A stretch of DNA of 64,000 nt from an uncultured delta proteobacterium. Lineage in GTDB: Bacteria; Desulfobacterota; Binatia; Binatales; Binataceae. Shown one piece after another: positions 18,500-29,593 of this stretch (position 1 is its first letter; each line of letters starts with the position of its first letter). Location: assembly GCA_963711565.1 (NCBI GenBank), contig CAVQEQ010000004.1, forward strand, positions 1,248,001 through 1,312,000, written 5' to 3'. The notes beneath the pieces were generated by a model. That model saw only the letters and a program-made list of their open reading frames with translations, was not told the origin of the DNA and did no database searches. The position numbers and the translations under genes are program-made.

Positions 18500-21400
18500 A
18501 TGAGCGAGCGTCTGAAGGTCGCGGGGGACAGACCTCGGCGGGGGATTACGTGGGCGCGGTTCTCGCGATGGGGCGCTGCCGCCTTGGCGATATTTTCGAT
18601 CGCGGCCGCATCGGATCCAACTACATCTTCCGGAAAATTCGTCGGATTCATCGCCGCCGCGATTATGATCGCGACCGTCGGCTACGCGTTTTATGACTAC
18701 CTGCGCCCACTGAAGGAAGATCCCGACTGCGGTCTCTTTACCGCGCTGCTGGTGCTCGTAGCGATCGCAATCCTGAAGCTCGTGCTGATGCCGTACTTTC
18801 CCGGCTTCGGCGTGGACGTTGGCGACTACCAGGCATGGGCGAGCCAGATCGCGACGTTCGGTCCCGCGCATTTCTACCAGCCAGGATTCTTCTGCGACTA
18901 TCCGCCCGGCTATCTGTACGCGCTGTGGGTCGTGGGATTCCTCGCGCATGGCGTCGGCGCGACGGGAGATTTTTACCGAATCATAATTCAGAGCCCCGCG
19001 ATCGTCGCCGACTTCGCGCTGGCGCTCCTGGTCTACGCGTTCGTGCGGCGCGGCGGCCTGCCCGAGATGGCTTTCATCGCGATGCTGATGGTCGCGCTGA
19101 ATCCGGCGCTACTGTTCGACACCGTCGTCTGGGGCCAAAGCGATTCGGTGATGACGCTCCTTATGCTGCTCAGCATCGTGGCGATTCTTGGCGAGCAGTA
19201 CGAAATCGCGTGGGGAGTGGCGGCGATCGCGGTGCTGGTCAAGCCGCAGGGCCTAATGCTGCTGCCGGTGCTCGGTTTCTGGACGATGTTCGAGACTCCC
19301 TTCGCGACGTGGATCAGGTCGGGCGTCGCGCTGATCACGGTCGCGATCATCGGCATCGTGCCGTTCCAGATAGGACAGGAGTGGGACTGGATTTTCAAGC
19401 TTTACACTTCCACCGCTGCCTACTACCACGAGACTTCGGTCAACGCGTTCAACCTGATGGCGTTGCTCGGCGGACTGCGCCAGGCCGATTCGGGAACTCT
19501 GGCGGGCATCCCGTTCCTCTGGATCGGCATGAGCCTGTTGCTTCCGCTGTACGCCTTCGTCGCGTGGATCTTGTGGCGCGGCCGGACGCCGACGCGGCTG
19601 CTACTAGCGTCGTTCATCACGATTTTTGGATTCTTTATGGTCGCACCGCGAATGCACGAGCGGTACCTCTATCCCGCGATCGCGCTCGTCGTGCCGTTGG
19701 CTCTGGAAGCACCCGAGATGCTCGCCGTGTTTGTAATTGTCACGATCACCTGCTTTATCAACCTCATCTACGTTCTGCACACGCTCAACACCGTGGTGTT
19801 CCTCGACTCGCGCGACCTGCTGGCGATGGCGACCTCGGCGCTCAACGTGGTCGCGCTCGCGCTGGCCGTTTACTGGGGCGCGACAGGGCTGCGGGACGCG
19901 AGCACGGAGACCGACGCGGTCCGCGACTTCTTCGCGAAATTCGCGATGCCGCGGCCGATCGAGGAATACGTCGAAGAACCGGCGTGCGCGCCGCCGTGGA
20001 TCGCGATCGATACGATCGTCATCGCGCTTCTGCTGATCGCTGCCGCAATCACGCGCTTCTGGAATCTGGGGCATCCGGCGGAGATCGTTTTCGATGAGGT
20101 CCATTTCGTCGCGCAAGGCCGCCATTACCTGCACGGCGAGTCGTTCCTCGATCCTCATCCGCCGCTTGCCAAGCTTGTAATCTCGCTCGGCATCCTCCTC
20201 TTCGGCGACGTTCCGTTTGGATGGCGGGTCGGCAACGCGACGATAGGCACGGCGCTGGTGGGAATCACGTATCTGCTGGGGCGCCGGCTGACGGGCTCGC
20301 GGCTGGTTGGTGCGATCGCCGGCGCGTGCATTCTTTGCGACGGACTGTACCTGGTCGATTCGCACTACGCCGTGATCGATATCGTCTATCTAACCTGCGC
20401 GGCGGTCGCATACCTGCTGTTTTTCAAATTCGCGGAGACGCCTGATGCGAACGCGCGCCGTCGCATCCTACCGTGGATCGGCCTGGCGCTGGGCTTGTGC
20501 CTGGCGAGCAAACTTTACATCCCGGCGATCACTTTCTTGTTGGTGGTCGGCTTTATCGTTTATGTGATCGCGAGAGATCGCCCGCAGGCCGCACCGCCTC
20601 CGCCGCCGGCCGCCGTGCCAGTCGAGTCAAAGAAGCCGATCGACTCCAAGGCGAAGAAGACAAAAGCGCCCGCGCCACTCTCACCGCCCTCAATCGACCT
20701 TTTCGATCAGACCTCGGCTATCTTCGTTGCGCTGATCTGTATTGTCCTCGGATTGCTCTTGTTCCTGAGCGGCGCTGACGCTGGATACATTCTGTTGACC
20801 GTTCTCGCAGTTCTGGCATTTCGCCTGGCAGAGATTTTCTGGCGCCGCCGCTCGACGCCATCCGCCGTCCAATCGATCCCGACACGGTCGCTGTCCACCT
20901 TTCTCGATCCGATGACCGTCGGCGCAGTGGTGCTCGTTGGATCGGTCGCCTCGATTACGTATCTGGCGGTGTTCTTGCCGCATTACTGGCGCGTATGGGG
21001 AGGGGGCGGCATCTCCGATCTGTTCAAGTACTACAGCGACGTGATCTGGTACGAGAAGAGCGTCGCCTCCGCCACGCATCCGTACTCTTCGCGATGGTGG
21101 AGTTGGCCGCTGATGCTGCGTCCGATCGCGTACTGGCAAAACTTTCCCAAGACGGGCGACGTGCAGACAGTCTGGGGTGGCGGCAATCCGCTGCTATGGT
21201 GGGGCGCGCTGACCGCGATTACGATCACCGCCGTGCAGGCGCTCGAGCGCCCCAGCCTGACGCGCTCGTTCCTCGTCATCGGCTATCTCAGCTACCTGTT
21301 GATATGGGCGTGGATTGGCCGCACGCTGTTCCTCTACCATTACATGGCGTCGGTTTATTTCGGCTACCTGGCGTTGGCGATTTTGCTGGCCGAATGCTTC

Positions 21401-21697
21401 AAGGACCGCGCCGAGCCGTGGGAGCATCTCGCGCTGTTGCTGACGATGACGCCGGTGTTTTTTCTCGGATTGCCGCCGACGTGGGCGTGGCTCACGTTCA
21501 TCGCGGTCGTCGGTGCGTACGGCTTTCTTCTGCTGCGGACTCCGTATGCGGGCCGGTACGTCGCCGGCGTGTTCGTAGTTACCGCGCTGATTCTGTTCGT
21601 GTACTACTTCCCGATTTGGGTCGGCATGCCGATCAGCCGCGAGGGATACTACGCGCGAATGTGGCTGCAATCCGGCGGGGTGCGCAATTGGATTTGA
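18500..21697 (+). CDS. Large GT-C fusion: N-terminal mannosyltransferase-like GT-C domain plus protein O-mannosyltransferase (GT39/PMT) domain
   Basis: DYPPGYLY, WGQSD, KPQ, RMHERYLYP in domain 1; VFDEVHF, HPPLAK, GWR, HPYSSRWWSWP, RTLFLYHY in domain 2; many TM segments. Confidence 0.85.
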   Translation: MSERLKVAGDRPRRGITWARFSRWGAAALAIFSIAAASDPTTSSGKFVGFIAAAIMIATVGYAFYDYLRPLKEDPDCGLFTALLVLVAIAILKLVLMPYFPGFGVDVGDYQAWASQIATFGPAHFYQPGFFCDYPPGYLYALWVVGFLAHGVGATGDFYRIIIQSPAIVADFALALLVYAFVRRGGLPEMAFIAMLMVALNPALLFDTVVWGQSDSVMTLLMLLSIVAILGEQYEIAWGVAAIAVLVKPQGLMLLPVLGFWTMFETPFATWIRSGVALITVAIIGIVPFQIGQEWDWIFKLYTSTAAYYHETSVNAFNLMALLGGLRQADSGTLAGIPFLWIGMSLLLPLYAFVAWILWRGRTPTRLLLASFITIFGFFMVAPRMHERYLYPAIALVVPLALEAPEMLAVFVIVTITCFINLIYVLHTLNTVVFLDSRDLLAMATSALNVVALALAVYWGATGLRDASTETDAVRDFFAKFAMPRPIEEYVEEPACAPPWIAIDTIVIALLLIAAAITRFWNLGHPAEIVFDEVHFVAQGRHYLHGESFLDPHPPLAKLVISLGILLFGDVPFGWRVGNATIGTALVGITYLLGRRLTGSRLVGAIAGACILCDGLYLVDSHYAVIDIVYLTCAAVAYLLFFKFAETPDANARRRILPWIGLALGLCLASKLYIPAITFLLVVGFIVYVIARDRPQAAPPPPPAAVPVESKKPIDSKAKKTKAPAPLSPPSIDLFDQTSAIFVALICIVLGLLLFLSGADAGYILLTVLAVLAFRLAEIFWRRRSTPSAVQSIPTRSLSTFLDPMTVGAVVLVGSVASITYLAVFLPHYWRVWGGGGISDLFKYYSDVIWYEKSVASATHPYSSRWWSWPLMLRPIAYWQNFPKTGDVQTVWGGGNPLLWWGALTAITITAVQALERPSLTRSFLVIGYLSYLLIWAWIGRTLFLYHYMASVYFGYLALAILLAECFKDRAEPWEHLALLLTMTPVFFLGLPPTWAWLTFIAVVGAYGFLLLRTPYAGRYVAGVFVVTALILFVYYFPIWVGMPISREGYYARMWLQSGGVRNWI

Positions 21698-22512
21698 TCG
21701 CGCGCCCGCATTCGTATCGCGTCCTCGCGCGATTGTTCCCCTTCCCTCGAGGGAAGGGGTTAGGGGTTAGGTTGCTCTCCGCATTTTTTCTCTGCGCGAT
21801 GCTCGCCGTCATGTCCGCTCCTCGCCCGGCCGCCGCCGCCGATCAGAAAAACCTGCTGCTGAACGGCGACTTCGCCAAAGGCTCCGAGGATCAGCCGGAT
21901 TCGTGGCGCACCGAGGCCTGGATTAACAGTCCCGATGCGTTCCAGACTCATTGGCATCAGTACACCGACAGGCCCAGCGAGATGGAGGTCAACAACCTGC
22001 AGGCCAATGACGGGCGCTGGATGCAACCGCTGACCGTGCCGCCGGGATGGTATCAGCTCAGCGTCGATGTCCGCACCGAAAATGTCGGCGCCAAGGAATC
22101 CGGCGCGTCGATGTCGGTCATGGAAGACGGCATCATGTCCGCCGATATTCACGGCACCACCGACTGGCAGCGCGTGACGCTCTATCTGAAGGTCGGCGGG
22201 CACGGCGCCGACATCGACGTGGCGTTGCGAGTCGGCGGATTCGGCAGCCTGAACACGGGCAAGGCATTTTTCAGAAATGCGTCGATGGTCGCGATTGACG
22301 CGCCGCCGCCTAACGCGACTCCCACCTACGACTTGAACGCGATTCGGCAGCAGGGCGCGCCGGCGCCGATCGGCTCGCCAATCTCGCTGGTGGTCACCTT
22401 CCTGGCGCTGGCGGGAGTCGCATGGGCCGGCTGGCGCATCTACGGTGACGAAGACTTTCGCATCTTCAATACATTCCGTGCCGCCCTGTCGGGGCACCCG
22501 AACAAGCGATGA
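21694..22512 (+). CDS. Exported, C-terminally anchored carbohydrate-binding-module-like protein
   Basis: Signal-like hydrophobic stretch ending PAAA, NLLLNGDF beta-sandwich start, GTTDWQRV, C-terminal TM helix; start TTG 21694 (overlapping upstream stop) or ATG 21799. Confidence 0.7.
   Translation: MIARPHSYRVLARLFPFPRGKGLGVRLLSAFFLCAMLAVMSAPRPAAAADQKNLLLNGDFAKGSEDQPDSWRTEAWINSPDAFQTHWHQYTDRPSEMEVNNLQANDGRWMQPLTVPPGWYQLSVDVRTENVGAKESGASMSVMEDGIMSADIHGTTDWQRVTLYLKVGGHGADIDVALRVGGFGSLNTGKAFFRNASMVAIDAPPPNATPTYDLNAIRQQGAPAPIGSPISLVVTFLALAGVAWAGWRIYGDEDFRIFNTFRAALSGHPNKR
21735..21773 (+). repeat. REP-like repeat family A, copy 3
   Basis: GTTCCCCTTCCCTCGAGGGAAGGGGTTAGGGGTTAGGTT; reads in frame as FPFPRGKGLGVR. 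Confidence 0.9.
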
Positions 22513-24527
22513 CGTCGGGCGTGGCGAACTCCAGCCGCGCGATTGCGCCCGACGATCGCCACCGGCAACTCGAAGCCGCGGTCTTTCTGATCCCGTTCAT
22601 CACCTACGCCTACTTTTACCAGGGCGCTGACCAGAGCGTCGCGTGCCGCTTCGATCTGATGCGTTCGATCCTCGAGAAGGGCGCTCTATGGATCAACGAT
22701 TTCTGCGGCTTCAACACCGCCGACATCATCACGTTTCACGGCCACATCTACTCCGTGAAGGCGCCCGGCACATCCTACACCGCACTCGTCCCATGGTGGA
22801 TCTTCACACACCTGCTGAAGCCGATGATGGCGAATCACGAACCGCTCTACTGGGCGTTTGTAACCTACCTGACGACGGTGTTCACGACCGGCCTGCTGGT
22901 CGCGGTGATGTGCGTCGTCATGTTTCGCTTCGCGCGATTTCTCGGCGCGTCGGAGGGCCGCGCCGCCGGCATCGCACTGATTCTCGGTCTCGGGACGATC
23001 GCGTTTCCGTACGCGACCGAACTCACCGGCGAACCGGTCGCCGCAGTATGCGTTTTCACCGCGTTCTACTTGCTGGCGACGTTCGAGACGCGTCCGTCAT
23101 TGATGCGCGGGCTAGCCGCCGGCTTCCTGGCGGGATGGGCGGTGCTGAACGATTACCCGGTTTTTCTGGTCGCAGCGGCGATCGGCATCTACGCCTTGTT
23201 CAAGCTGCGCGACTGGAAACATTTGGGGGCGTTCTCCGTCGGCGCCGCGATCACCGTTGCGATCATGCTCGCCTACAACTGGGGCGCCTTCGGCCATCCA
23301 TTCTTTTTCAGCTACCAGGCGTTCAAGGCCGCGCCCGCCGAGAACCGTCAATTCCCGGAGCAAGCGGTCGGCTTCGTGGGCCTGACCTATCCGAAGATGC
23401 GGATTCTGTGGAACGTGCTGCTCGATCCGCAGCGCGGACTGCTCTTTTGCAACCCAGTCCTGTTGCTGTCAATCGTCGGCGTTTGTTATTTCGCGCGGCT
23501 GAAACAATGGCGCGCCGAGTTCGTCGTCACTGTTTATTCGTTCGTCGTGTTGATCCTGTTCAACGCCGCGTATGGCGAATCGATCGTATCGTGGGGAGGC
23601 GGCACCGCGACCGGTCCGCGTCAAATCGTTGCCTCGGTGCCGTTCATGGTCCTCGCGCTCGCGTTTCTCCCGGCCGCGTTCAACTGGCTGCTGGGCGCGA
23701 TCGGCGCGCTGTCGGTCGCAATCATGTTGATGGCGACCTCGACCAATCCGCACTTCCCCTATGAGTACGACAACCCGGTGCGCGACTTCGCCCTGCAGCA
23801 ATTCATGCGCGGCGAGTTCGCCGCCAACCGCGACGCCTTCTTTGGCGGCGGTGTGATCGTTCGCGATTCGGTCGCCTTCAACCTCGGCAAACTTGTAGGA
23901 CTGCCCGGCCCGTTTCAGCTATGGCCGCTCGCTGTGCTTTGGATCTTCGGCGCCTTCGATCTATCGGAAACGCTCGGCCTATGGGGCGAGGGCGCCTCGC
24001 GACGCTTGACGCAAATCGCCACGACCGTCGGAATCGCGGCGCTGTTCCTGCTTTCGATGAATCAACGAGTCATGCAGCGATTCGTACAGAGCGGCAAGCA
24101 TGGGCTGCTGGGCAGGTACTACGTCGGCGACCAATGCGGCGAGACCCCGCCGCATATCGTGCGCGTCGATCGGCAACTGGACTTCGATGAGATTTCCGAG
24201 ATGGGTGCGATGCCCTTTCCGTCGTGCGACATCTGGCGCGGCCAGCTAATCGCGCCAAAGACGGGAGACTACGAGTTCGCGATCGACGTTGACGACTCAG
24301 GATGGGTCACGGTGGACGGCACTCCGGTGATTCACGACCCGGGCCCGGTCAACAAGTCTCACGACGCCGGCACGATCCACCTTACCCAGGGCCCTCATCG
24401 CATCGAGGTAGGCGAGCGCAACCTCGGCGGCGGCTCATACCTGCACCTATACTGGAAACTACCTGACACGTCCGACCAGCAAATCATCCCCGCCGAAGCA
24501 CTAATCCCCGACCGCGCGGGTTCCTAA
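22509..24527 (+). CDS. Polytopic membrane protein (GT-C-like) with C-terminal PA14 domain
   Basis: About 12 TM segments, YSVKAPG, RGLLF, GPR; C-terminal GLLGRYY...WRGQLIAPKTGDYEF...DDSG...LYWK PA14 pattern. Confidence 0.75.
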   Translation: MTSGVANSSRAIAPDDRHRQLEAAVFLIPFITYAYFYQGADQSVACRFDLMRSILEKGALWINDFCGFNTADIITFHGHIYSVKAPGTSYTALVPWWIFTHLLKPMMANHEPLYWAFVTYLTTVFTTGLLVAVMCVVMFRFARFLGASEGRAAGIALILGLGTIAFPYATELTGEPVAAVCVFTAFYLLATFETRPSLMRGLAAGFLAGWAVLNDYPVFLVAAAIGIYALFKLRDWKHLGAFSVGAAITVAIMLAYNWGAFGHPFFFSYQAFKAAPAENRQFPEQAVGFVGLTYPKMRILWNVLLDPQRGLLFCNPVLLLSIVGVCYFARLKQWRAEFVVTVYSFVVLILFNAAYGESIVSWGGGTATGPRQIVASVPFMVLALAFLPAAFNWLLGAIGALSVAIMLMATSTNPHFPYEYDNPVRDFALQQFMRGEFAANRDAFFGGGVIVRDSVAFNLGKLVGLPGPFQLWPLAVLWIFGAFDLSETLGLWGEGASRRLTQIATTVGIAALFLLSMNQRVMQRFVQSGKHGLLGRYYVGDQCGETPPHIVRVDRQLDFDEISEMGAMPFPSCDIWRGQLIAPKTGDYEFAIDVDDSGWVTVDGTPVIHDPGPVNKSHDAGTIHLTQGPHRIEVGERNLGGGSYLHLYWKLPDTSDQQIIPAEALIPDRAGS

Positions 24528-24529
24528 CT

Positions 24530-25612
24530 CTAATCCCGCTCGGGCAACAGTCCTGCGCGCGTGACTTCGCGGCGTTCGCTTTTGTCCAGGGCTTCCGCGG
24601 CGCGCGAGAGTGGGAATGTTGCGTCGCACATTTCTAGGTAGGGCAGGCGGTCGATGTTTGCGGCGAGGAAGTCCAGTGATTTTTTCAGGTAGTGCGGCGG
24701 GTAGGTCGCCACGCCGATAATTTCCAGCGACTTGAACGTGATCACTGACGGCGGTAGCTGGACCGTCAATCCGCCCGAGATGTTGCCGACTTCGATGACG
24801 CGGCCGCCGACGCGCACCATCCGGAGCGCTTCGCTGAATGCCTCGGGCACGCCGGCTACCTCCAGCACCACGTCAGGCTGCCCGCCGCATAGCTCGCGCA
24901 CCCGCTTGTCGCGAGCTTCGGAGTCGGCGTGGTCGCGCATATCGACGGTCTCGTCGGCGCCGAATCGGCGCGCCTCGCGCAGCCTTAAATCGACGCCATC
25001 GACTGCGATCACGCGCGCGCCGCGAGCTTTGGCGATCGCCATCGCATGCAGGCCGAGGCCTCCGGCGCCGAGGATCACGATCGTTTCGCCGTACGACAGC
25101 CGCGCTCGATCGAGACTCCAGAAGACTTGCGACATCGCGCAATTCGCCGACGACGCCACCAGGTCGGGCACGTTGTCAGGGACGCGATAGAAGTGTTGGT
25201 CCGGCTTTACGACGTAGTGAGTCGCGAAGGTTGCTGTGAAGTGCGGGGGCTCATCAGGATGCCGCGCGCCGACGACCTTCGCCGTGCACGCCGCATGATT
25301 CCCGCTGACGCAATTCACGCATCGATTGCAGACGGTGTAGTAAACCGGAGCGATTCGATCGCCTTCCCTGACTGGCACTCCCGCCCAGTCCGCGCGCACG
25401 CCCGCGCCGAGCGCCGCGATGCGCCCGCTCATCTCATGCCCCGGCATCACGCCGCGCCGCCCGAACTCGCCCTTCCACATATGGACTTCGGAACCGCATA
25501 CGTTGGTCTGCGTGACCGCCGCGACCAGACCGCCGGCTGCGGGCGGCGGCACGTCGTATTCGTGGAATTCGATTTTGTGTGCGGTGGGGATGTAGGCGAC
25601 GCGACCTTTCAT
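24530..25612 (-). CDS. Zinc-dependent alcohol dehydrogenase (MDR family)
   Basis: CGSEVH, GHE, CNRCVNC-C, GAGGLG motifs. Confidence 0.9.
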   Translation of the reverse strand: MKGRVAYIPTAHKIEFHEYDVPPPAAGGLVAAVTQTNVCGSEVHMWKGEFGRRGVMPGHEMSGRIAALGAGVRADWAGVPVREGDRIAPVYYTVCNRCVNCVSGNHAACTAKVVGARHPDEPPHFTATFATHYVVKPDQHFYRVPDNVPDLVASSANCAMSQVFWSLDRARLSYGETIVILGAGGLGLHAMAIAKARGARVIAVDGVDLRLREARRFGADETVDMRDHADSEARDKRVRELCGGQPDVVLEVAGVPEAFSEALRMVRVGGRVIEVGNISGGLTVQLPPSVITFKSLEIIGVATYPPHYLKKSLDFLAANIDRLPYLEMCDATFPLSRAAEALDKSERREVTRAGLLPERD

Positions 25613-25699
25613 GGCATGGCCTCCAGAGCGCAACGAAAAGGGATGATGGCCCCGGTTTCATCCCGGACGGAAAAAATGTCAAGCCGCGCGAATCTCCCC

Positions 25700-26380
25700 C
25701 TACTGCGGAGGAGGCGCCGGCAGATTGAGGTTGCCGCCAAGCGAAAATCCGTGCAGCGAAGTCGGCGCTTCGCGTTGCGCTGACGTTTTGTCTATCGAGG
25801 TCGGCGGCCTGCGCGGCGGCGCCGACGATTGTGCGGTCACCGGCGCAGCTGGCACTGGCGTGTTGGCGGGCTTTGCGAATACCGGGCGATGGGTCTTCTT
25901 CGCTTCGACCAGCACCTCGCGCAGCAGATTCGATTCCTGGATTCCGTGCGATACGCAATCGACATCGGTGGCCGGATGCAACGGGACCTTGACCGACGAG
26001 TTGAAGGTCGCGCGCACCTCGACGAGAGTCGCCTCCGTGCCGCGCGGCCGCACCAGGAAGTTGTACACCGACGATGAATCCAGCTCCGGCTCGGCGGTGT
26101 AGGAGCCCGCGACACTCCTTACCTTTCCGCAATCGGCGTCGTGAAGCGTGAAGCGCGGACCGGCGGCTTCGATGATTCCGTTGGTCATGTCCTGCGCCTG
26201 CACGTGGAACGAATTTTCGGTAACGACCGCATTCACCGCGTCCCACGCCAGATCGTACGGCAGCGGAATCACAACTTCCTGCTTCTCGTCAGGCGGCGGC
26301 TGCGTAACAGGAGGATAGAGGCATCCAACGGCAATCAGCGCCGCAACCAGCCCCAAAATCGAAATTCTCACCCCACGCAT
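25700..26380 (-). CDS. Hypothetical lipoprotein
   Basis: Signal peptide with IAVGC lipobox; Pro-rich C-terminal tail. Confidence 0.7.
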   Translation of the reverse strand: MRGVRISILGLVAALIAVGCLYPPVTQPPPDEKQEVVIPLPYDLAWDAVNAVVTENSFHVQAQDMTNGIIEAAGPRFTLHDADCGKVRSVAGSYTAEPELDSSSVYNFLVRPRGTEATLVEVRATFNSSVKVPLHPATDVDCVSHGIQESNLLREVLVEAKKTHRPVFAKPANTPVPAAPVTAQSSAPPRRPPTSIDKTSAQREAPTSLHGFSLGGNLNLPAPPPQ

Positions 26381-26566
26381 TGCCTATTCACCGTCGCGTC
26401 GCGGCCGCATGATAGTAGAAGCGGACTGCGGCGCGTCCAAGTTTTCCATACTCGCCCGTGCGGATGCCATCGCCTTCGCGCCATTCCCCCTTGCACGAAA
26501 CTTTATGATAATCTCGGCGTCGTTCGGGACCCGCCCGCCAAGGTGGCCCCGCGGAAGGTATTTGCC

Positions 26567-27319
26567 ATGTCGGGTCATTCGAAATGGAGTTCGATCAAGC
26601 ACAAGAAGGCGATCACCGACTCCAAACGCGGCCGCGTCTTCACCAAGATGATCAAGGAAATCACGATCGCGGCGCGGCTCGGCGGCGGAGACATCAATTC
26701 CAACCCGCGCCTGCGCACGGCGGTGACCGTCGCCAAGAAGCAATCGATGCCCAACGATAATATCGATCGCGCGATCAAGAAGGGCACCGGCGAAATCGCG
26801 GGCGCGTCGCTCGAGGAGATCACCTACGAAGGCTACGGCCCCGGCGGTGTCGCGATAATGGTCGATGTGCTGTCGGACAATCGAAATCGCACTGTCGCGG
26901 AGTTGCGCTTCGTCTTCTCGCGGCGCGGCGGGAACCTGGGTGAAGTCGGATGCGTGGGCTGGATGTTCAAAAAGCGCGGCGTGATTGGAATCGAGAAATC
27001 CGCCATCGAGGAGGACAAGCTGCTCGAACTCGCGCTCGATGCCGGCGCCGACGACGTGACCAGCGACGGCGAGACTTTCCAGGTCCTCACTTCACCTGAC
27101 AAGCTCAACGCGGTGCGCGACGCGCTCGAAAAAGCAGGCCTCGCGATCGCGCATTCGGAACAGACGCGGATTCCTGAAAATACGGTGGCGGTTTCCGGCC
27201 ATGCGGCCGAGCAGGTGCTGAAGCTGATGGAAGAACTCGAGGATCACGACGACGTGCAGAACGTCGCCGCCAACTTCGATATCAGCGACGAAGAGATGGC
27301 GCAGTTCTCGGCGGCGTAA
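26567..27319 (+). CDS. yebC: YebC/PmpR family regulator
   Basis: [32 protein letters not shown] motifs. Confidence 0.96.
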   Translation: MSGHSKWSSIKHKKAITDSKRGRVFTKMIKEITIAARLGGGDINSNPRLRTAVTVAKKQSMPNDNIDRAIKKGTGEIAGASLEEITYEGYGPGGVAIMVDVLSDNRNRTVAELRFVFSRRGGNLGEVGCVGWMFKKRGVIGIEKSAIEEDKLLELALDAGADDVTSDGETFQVLTSPDKLNAVRDALEKAGLAIAHSEQTRIPENTVAVSGHAAEQVLKLMEELEDHDDVQNVAANFDISDEEMAQFSAA

Positions 27320-27350
27320 CGTCGCGCGGGCACTGCCGCGGAGGTGGGGT

Positions 27351-27899
27351 ATGCGGATACTCGGGGTGGATCCCGGGAGTGCGGTATGCGGTTACGGCGT
27401 CGTCGAAGGCCCGGACGGCGGCGGACGCTACGTGACGGCGGGCACTATTCGATGCGCTTCGCTCGCGCCGGGGCCGATGCGCCTCCGGCGGATTCACGAA
27501 AATCTCCTCGCCATCATCGACGAGTTCTCGCCCACAGCACTGAGCCTCGAGCGTCACTTCGTCGCCGCCAACGTGCAGAGTGCGTTTCGCCTCGGCGAGG
27601 CGCGCGCGATGGCAATGCTGGCGGCGGCGGAGCGTGGCCTCGCGATGTACGAATATCCGCCGAACGAAGTTAAGCTCTGCGTCGCCGGCCACGGACACGC
27701 CGACAAGGCGCAGGTGAAATACATGGTGCGCAAGACCTTGAAACTCGATCCGGCGATCGAACTCGCCGACGACGCAGCGGACGCGCTCGCGATTGCGCTG
27801 TGCCATCTCGGCCGCGGCCGCATGCCCAACCTGGTCGAGGCGATCGAGCGCATTCGCCCCGCTGTGTCGCGCCGCAAGCCCCGGATGGTGCCGCAATGA
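27351..27899 (+). CDS. ruvC: Holliday junction resolvase RuvC
   Basis: ILGVDPG, GEARA, DDAADALAIA motifs. Confidence 0.95.
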   Translation: MRILGVDPGSAVCGYGVVEGPDGGGRYVTAGTIRCASLAPGPMRLRRIHENLLAIIDEFSPTALSLERHFVAANVQSAFRLGEARAMAMLAAAERGLAMYEYPPNEVKLCVAGHGHADKAQVKYMVRKTLKLDPAIELADDAADALAIALCHLGRGRMPNLVEAIERIRPAVSRRKPRMVPQ

Positions 27900-28537
27900 T
27901 CGCATCGCTGTCAGGGGCGCTGATTGTTCGCGACGCGGGGCGTATCGTCGTCGAGACGGGAGGCGTCGGCTACGAAGTGCTGATCCCGCTCAGCACCTAC
28001 TATCGATTGCCGCAACTCGGCGAGCGGGTAGCGCTCGAAATTCGGCAGGTCGTCCGCGAGGACGCGCTGATGCTTTACGGATTTTCCAGCGCGACCGAGA
28101 AACGCGCCTTCGACCTGCTGATGAGCGTGCAGCATGTCGGCCCGAAACTCGCGCTCGCGATCCTGTCGGTGCTCGCGCCCGAAGAGTTGGTCGCCGCAAT
28201 TGGGAAGGGCGACGTCGAGCGAATCGACGCAGTGCCCGGCGTCGGTCCCAAGGTCGCCGAGCGCGTCGTGCGCGAGCTGCGGGACAAAGTCGCCGACTTG
28301 AAGATGGCGGCGCCGTCAACCAGCGCGTCGAACGGTCATCTGCGCCCGGTGCCCGACGGCAACGGACGCCCCGCGGGTCCGGCCGACGAAGCAATTTCCG
28401 CGCTGGTGAATCTCGGCATGAAGCCGATCGAAGCGAAGCGCACGGTTGACGCGGTCATTGCGGCAGACGCGGGCGCCGCGGAAAATTCGGAAGTTCTGAT
28501 TCGCAAATCATTGGCGGTGCTGCTTGTTGAAAAGTAA
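27896..28537 (+). CDS. ruvA: Holliday junction branch migration protein RuvA
   Basis: MIASLSG, GVGYEV, VRED-LYGF, VGPKLA, PGVGPK motifs. Confidence 0.95.
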   Translation: MIASLSGALIVRDAGRIVVETGGVGYEVLIPLSTYYRLPQLGERVALEIRQVVREDALMLYGFSSATEKRAFDLLMSVQHVGPKLALAILSVLAPEELVAAIGKGDVERIDAVPGVGPKVAERVVRELRDKVADLKMAAPSTSASNGHLRPVPDGNGRPAGPADEAISALVNLGMKPIEAKRTVDAVIAADAGAAENSEVLIRKSLAVLLVEK

Positions 28538-29582
28538 GCCTGGCGAGAATTCTTATCCCGATCCCGCTTCCGCCGACGAAGGCCGACTCGCTTCGCGCAT
28601 CGGGCACGAGGATGAGCGCAGGCTGGATCTCGCGCTGCGTCCGCGCAAGCTCGACGAGTTCATCGGCCAGGTGCGTAACAAGAAAATTCTTGCCATGTCG
28701 ATCGATGCGGCCCGCGGGCGCGCCGAAGTGCTGGATCACGTGCTGTTCTCGGGACCACCCGGACTCGGCAAGACCTCGCTCGCACACATCATCGCGCGCG
28801 AGCTCGGCGTCAACCTCCATATCACCTCTGGCCCGGCGATCGAGCGCGCCGCCGACCTCGCCGCAATTGTGAACCATCTCGAAGAGCACGACGTGCTGTT
28901 CATCGACGAAATTCATCGTCTGCAACGTGCAATCGAAGAACGGCTTTATTCCGCAATGGAAGACTTCGAGTTTCACATCGTGATGGGCGAGGGGATGGGC
29001 GCGCGCACGATGAAGCTGTCGGTTAAACCGTTTACTCTGGTCGGCGCGACGACGCGTTCGGGCCTGCTGAGCTCGCCGCTGCGCGACCGCTTCGGCCAGC
29101 ATTTCCATCTGGACTTTTACGATCACGCCGAACTGAGCGAGATAGTGCGCCGCTCGGCAGCGCTGCTAAACGTCGCGATCGACGAAACAGGTGCAATGGA
29201 ACTGGCGTCGCGGTCGCGCGGGACGCCACGAATCGCCAACCGCTTGCTACGCCGCGTGCGCGACTTCGCGCAGGTCAACGAAGCGTCCATCGTCACGCGC
29301 GAGATCGCGCTCGCCGCGTTGGAACTGCTCGAAATCGACACGGCCGGCTTCGACAAGATGGACCGCGCGATTCTCGGCGCGATCATCGACAAGTTCGACG
29401 GCGGACCGGTCGGGGTCGAGAGCCTGGCCGCGGCGGTGGGCGAGGAATCCGACACTATCGAGGAAGTTTACGAGCCGTATCTGTTGCAAGAAGGATTTCT
29501 CGCGCGCACCTCGCGCGGCCGCGTCGCCACGCAGCGCGCCTACACGCATCTCGGACGCACGCGCCGCGGCACTTTGCTTTAA
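28524..29582 (+). CDS. ruvB: Holliday junction helicase RuvB
   Basis: [35 protein letters not shown] motifs. Confidence 0.97.
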   Translation: MLKSKPGENSYPDPASADEGRLASRIGHEDERRLDLALRPRKLDEFIGQVRNKKILAMSIDAARGRAEVLDHVLFSGPPGLGKTSLAHIIARELGVNLHITSGPAIERAADLAAIVNHLEEHDVLFIDEIHRLQRAIEERLYSAMEDFEFHIVMGEGMGARTMKLSVKPFTLVGATTRSGLLSSPLRDRFGQHFHLDFYDHAELSEIVRRSAALLNVAIDETGAMELASRSRGTPRIANRLLRRVRDFAQVNEASIVTREIALAALELLEIDTAGFDKMDRAILGAIIDKFDGGPVGVESLAAAVGEESDTIEEVYEPYLLQEGFLARTSRGRVATQRAYTHLGRTRRGTLL

Positions 29583-29593
29583 CGATTACTTCA

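Noticed and set aside
20995-21693. Apparent 505-aa ORF overlapping the PMT gene
   Set aside because: The upstream part is an off-frame read of the PMT gene; the real gene starts at 21694 or later. The same applies to the extended ORFs at 1530, 26141, 51020 and 54627
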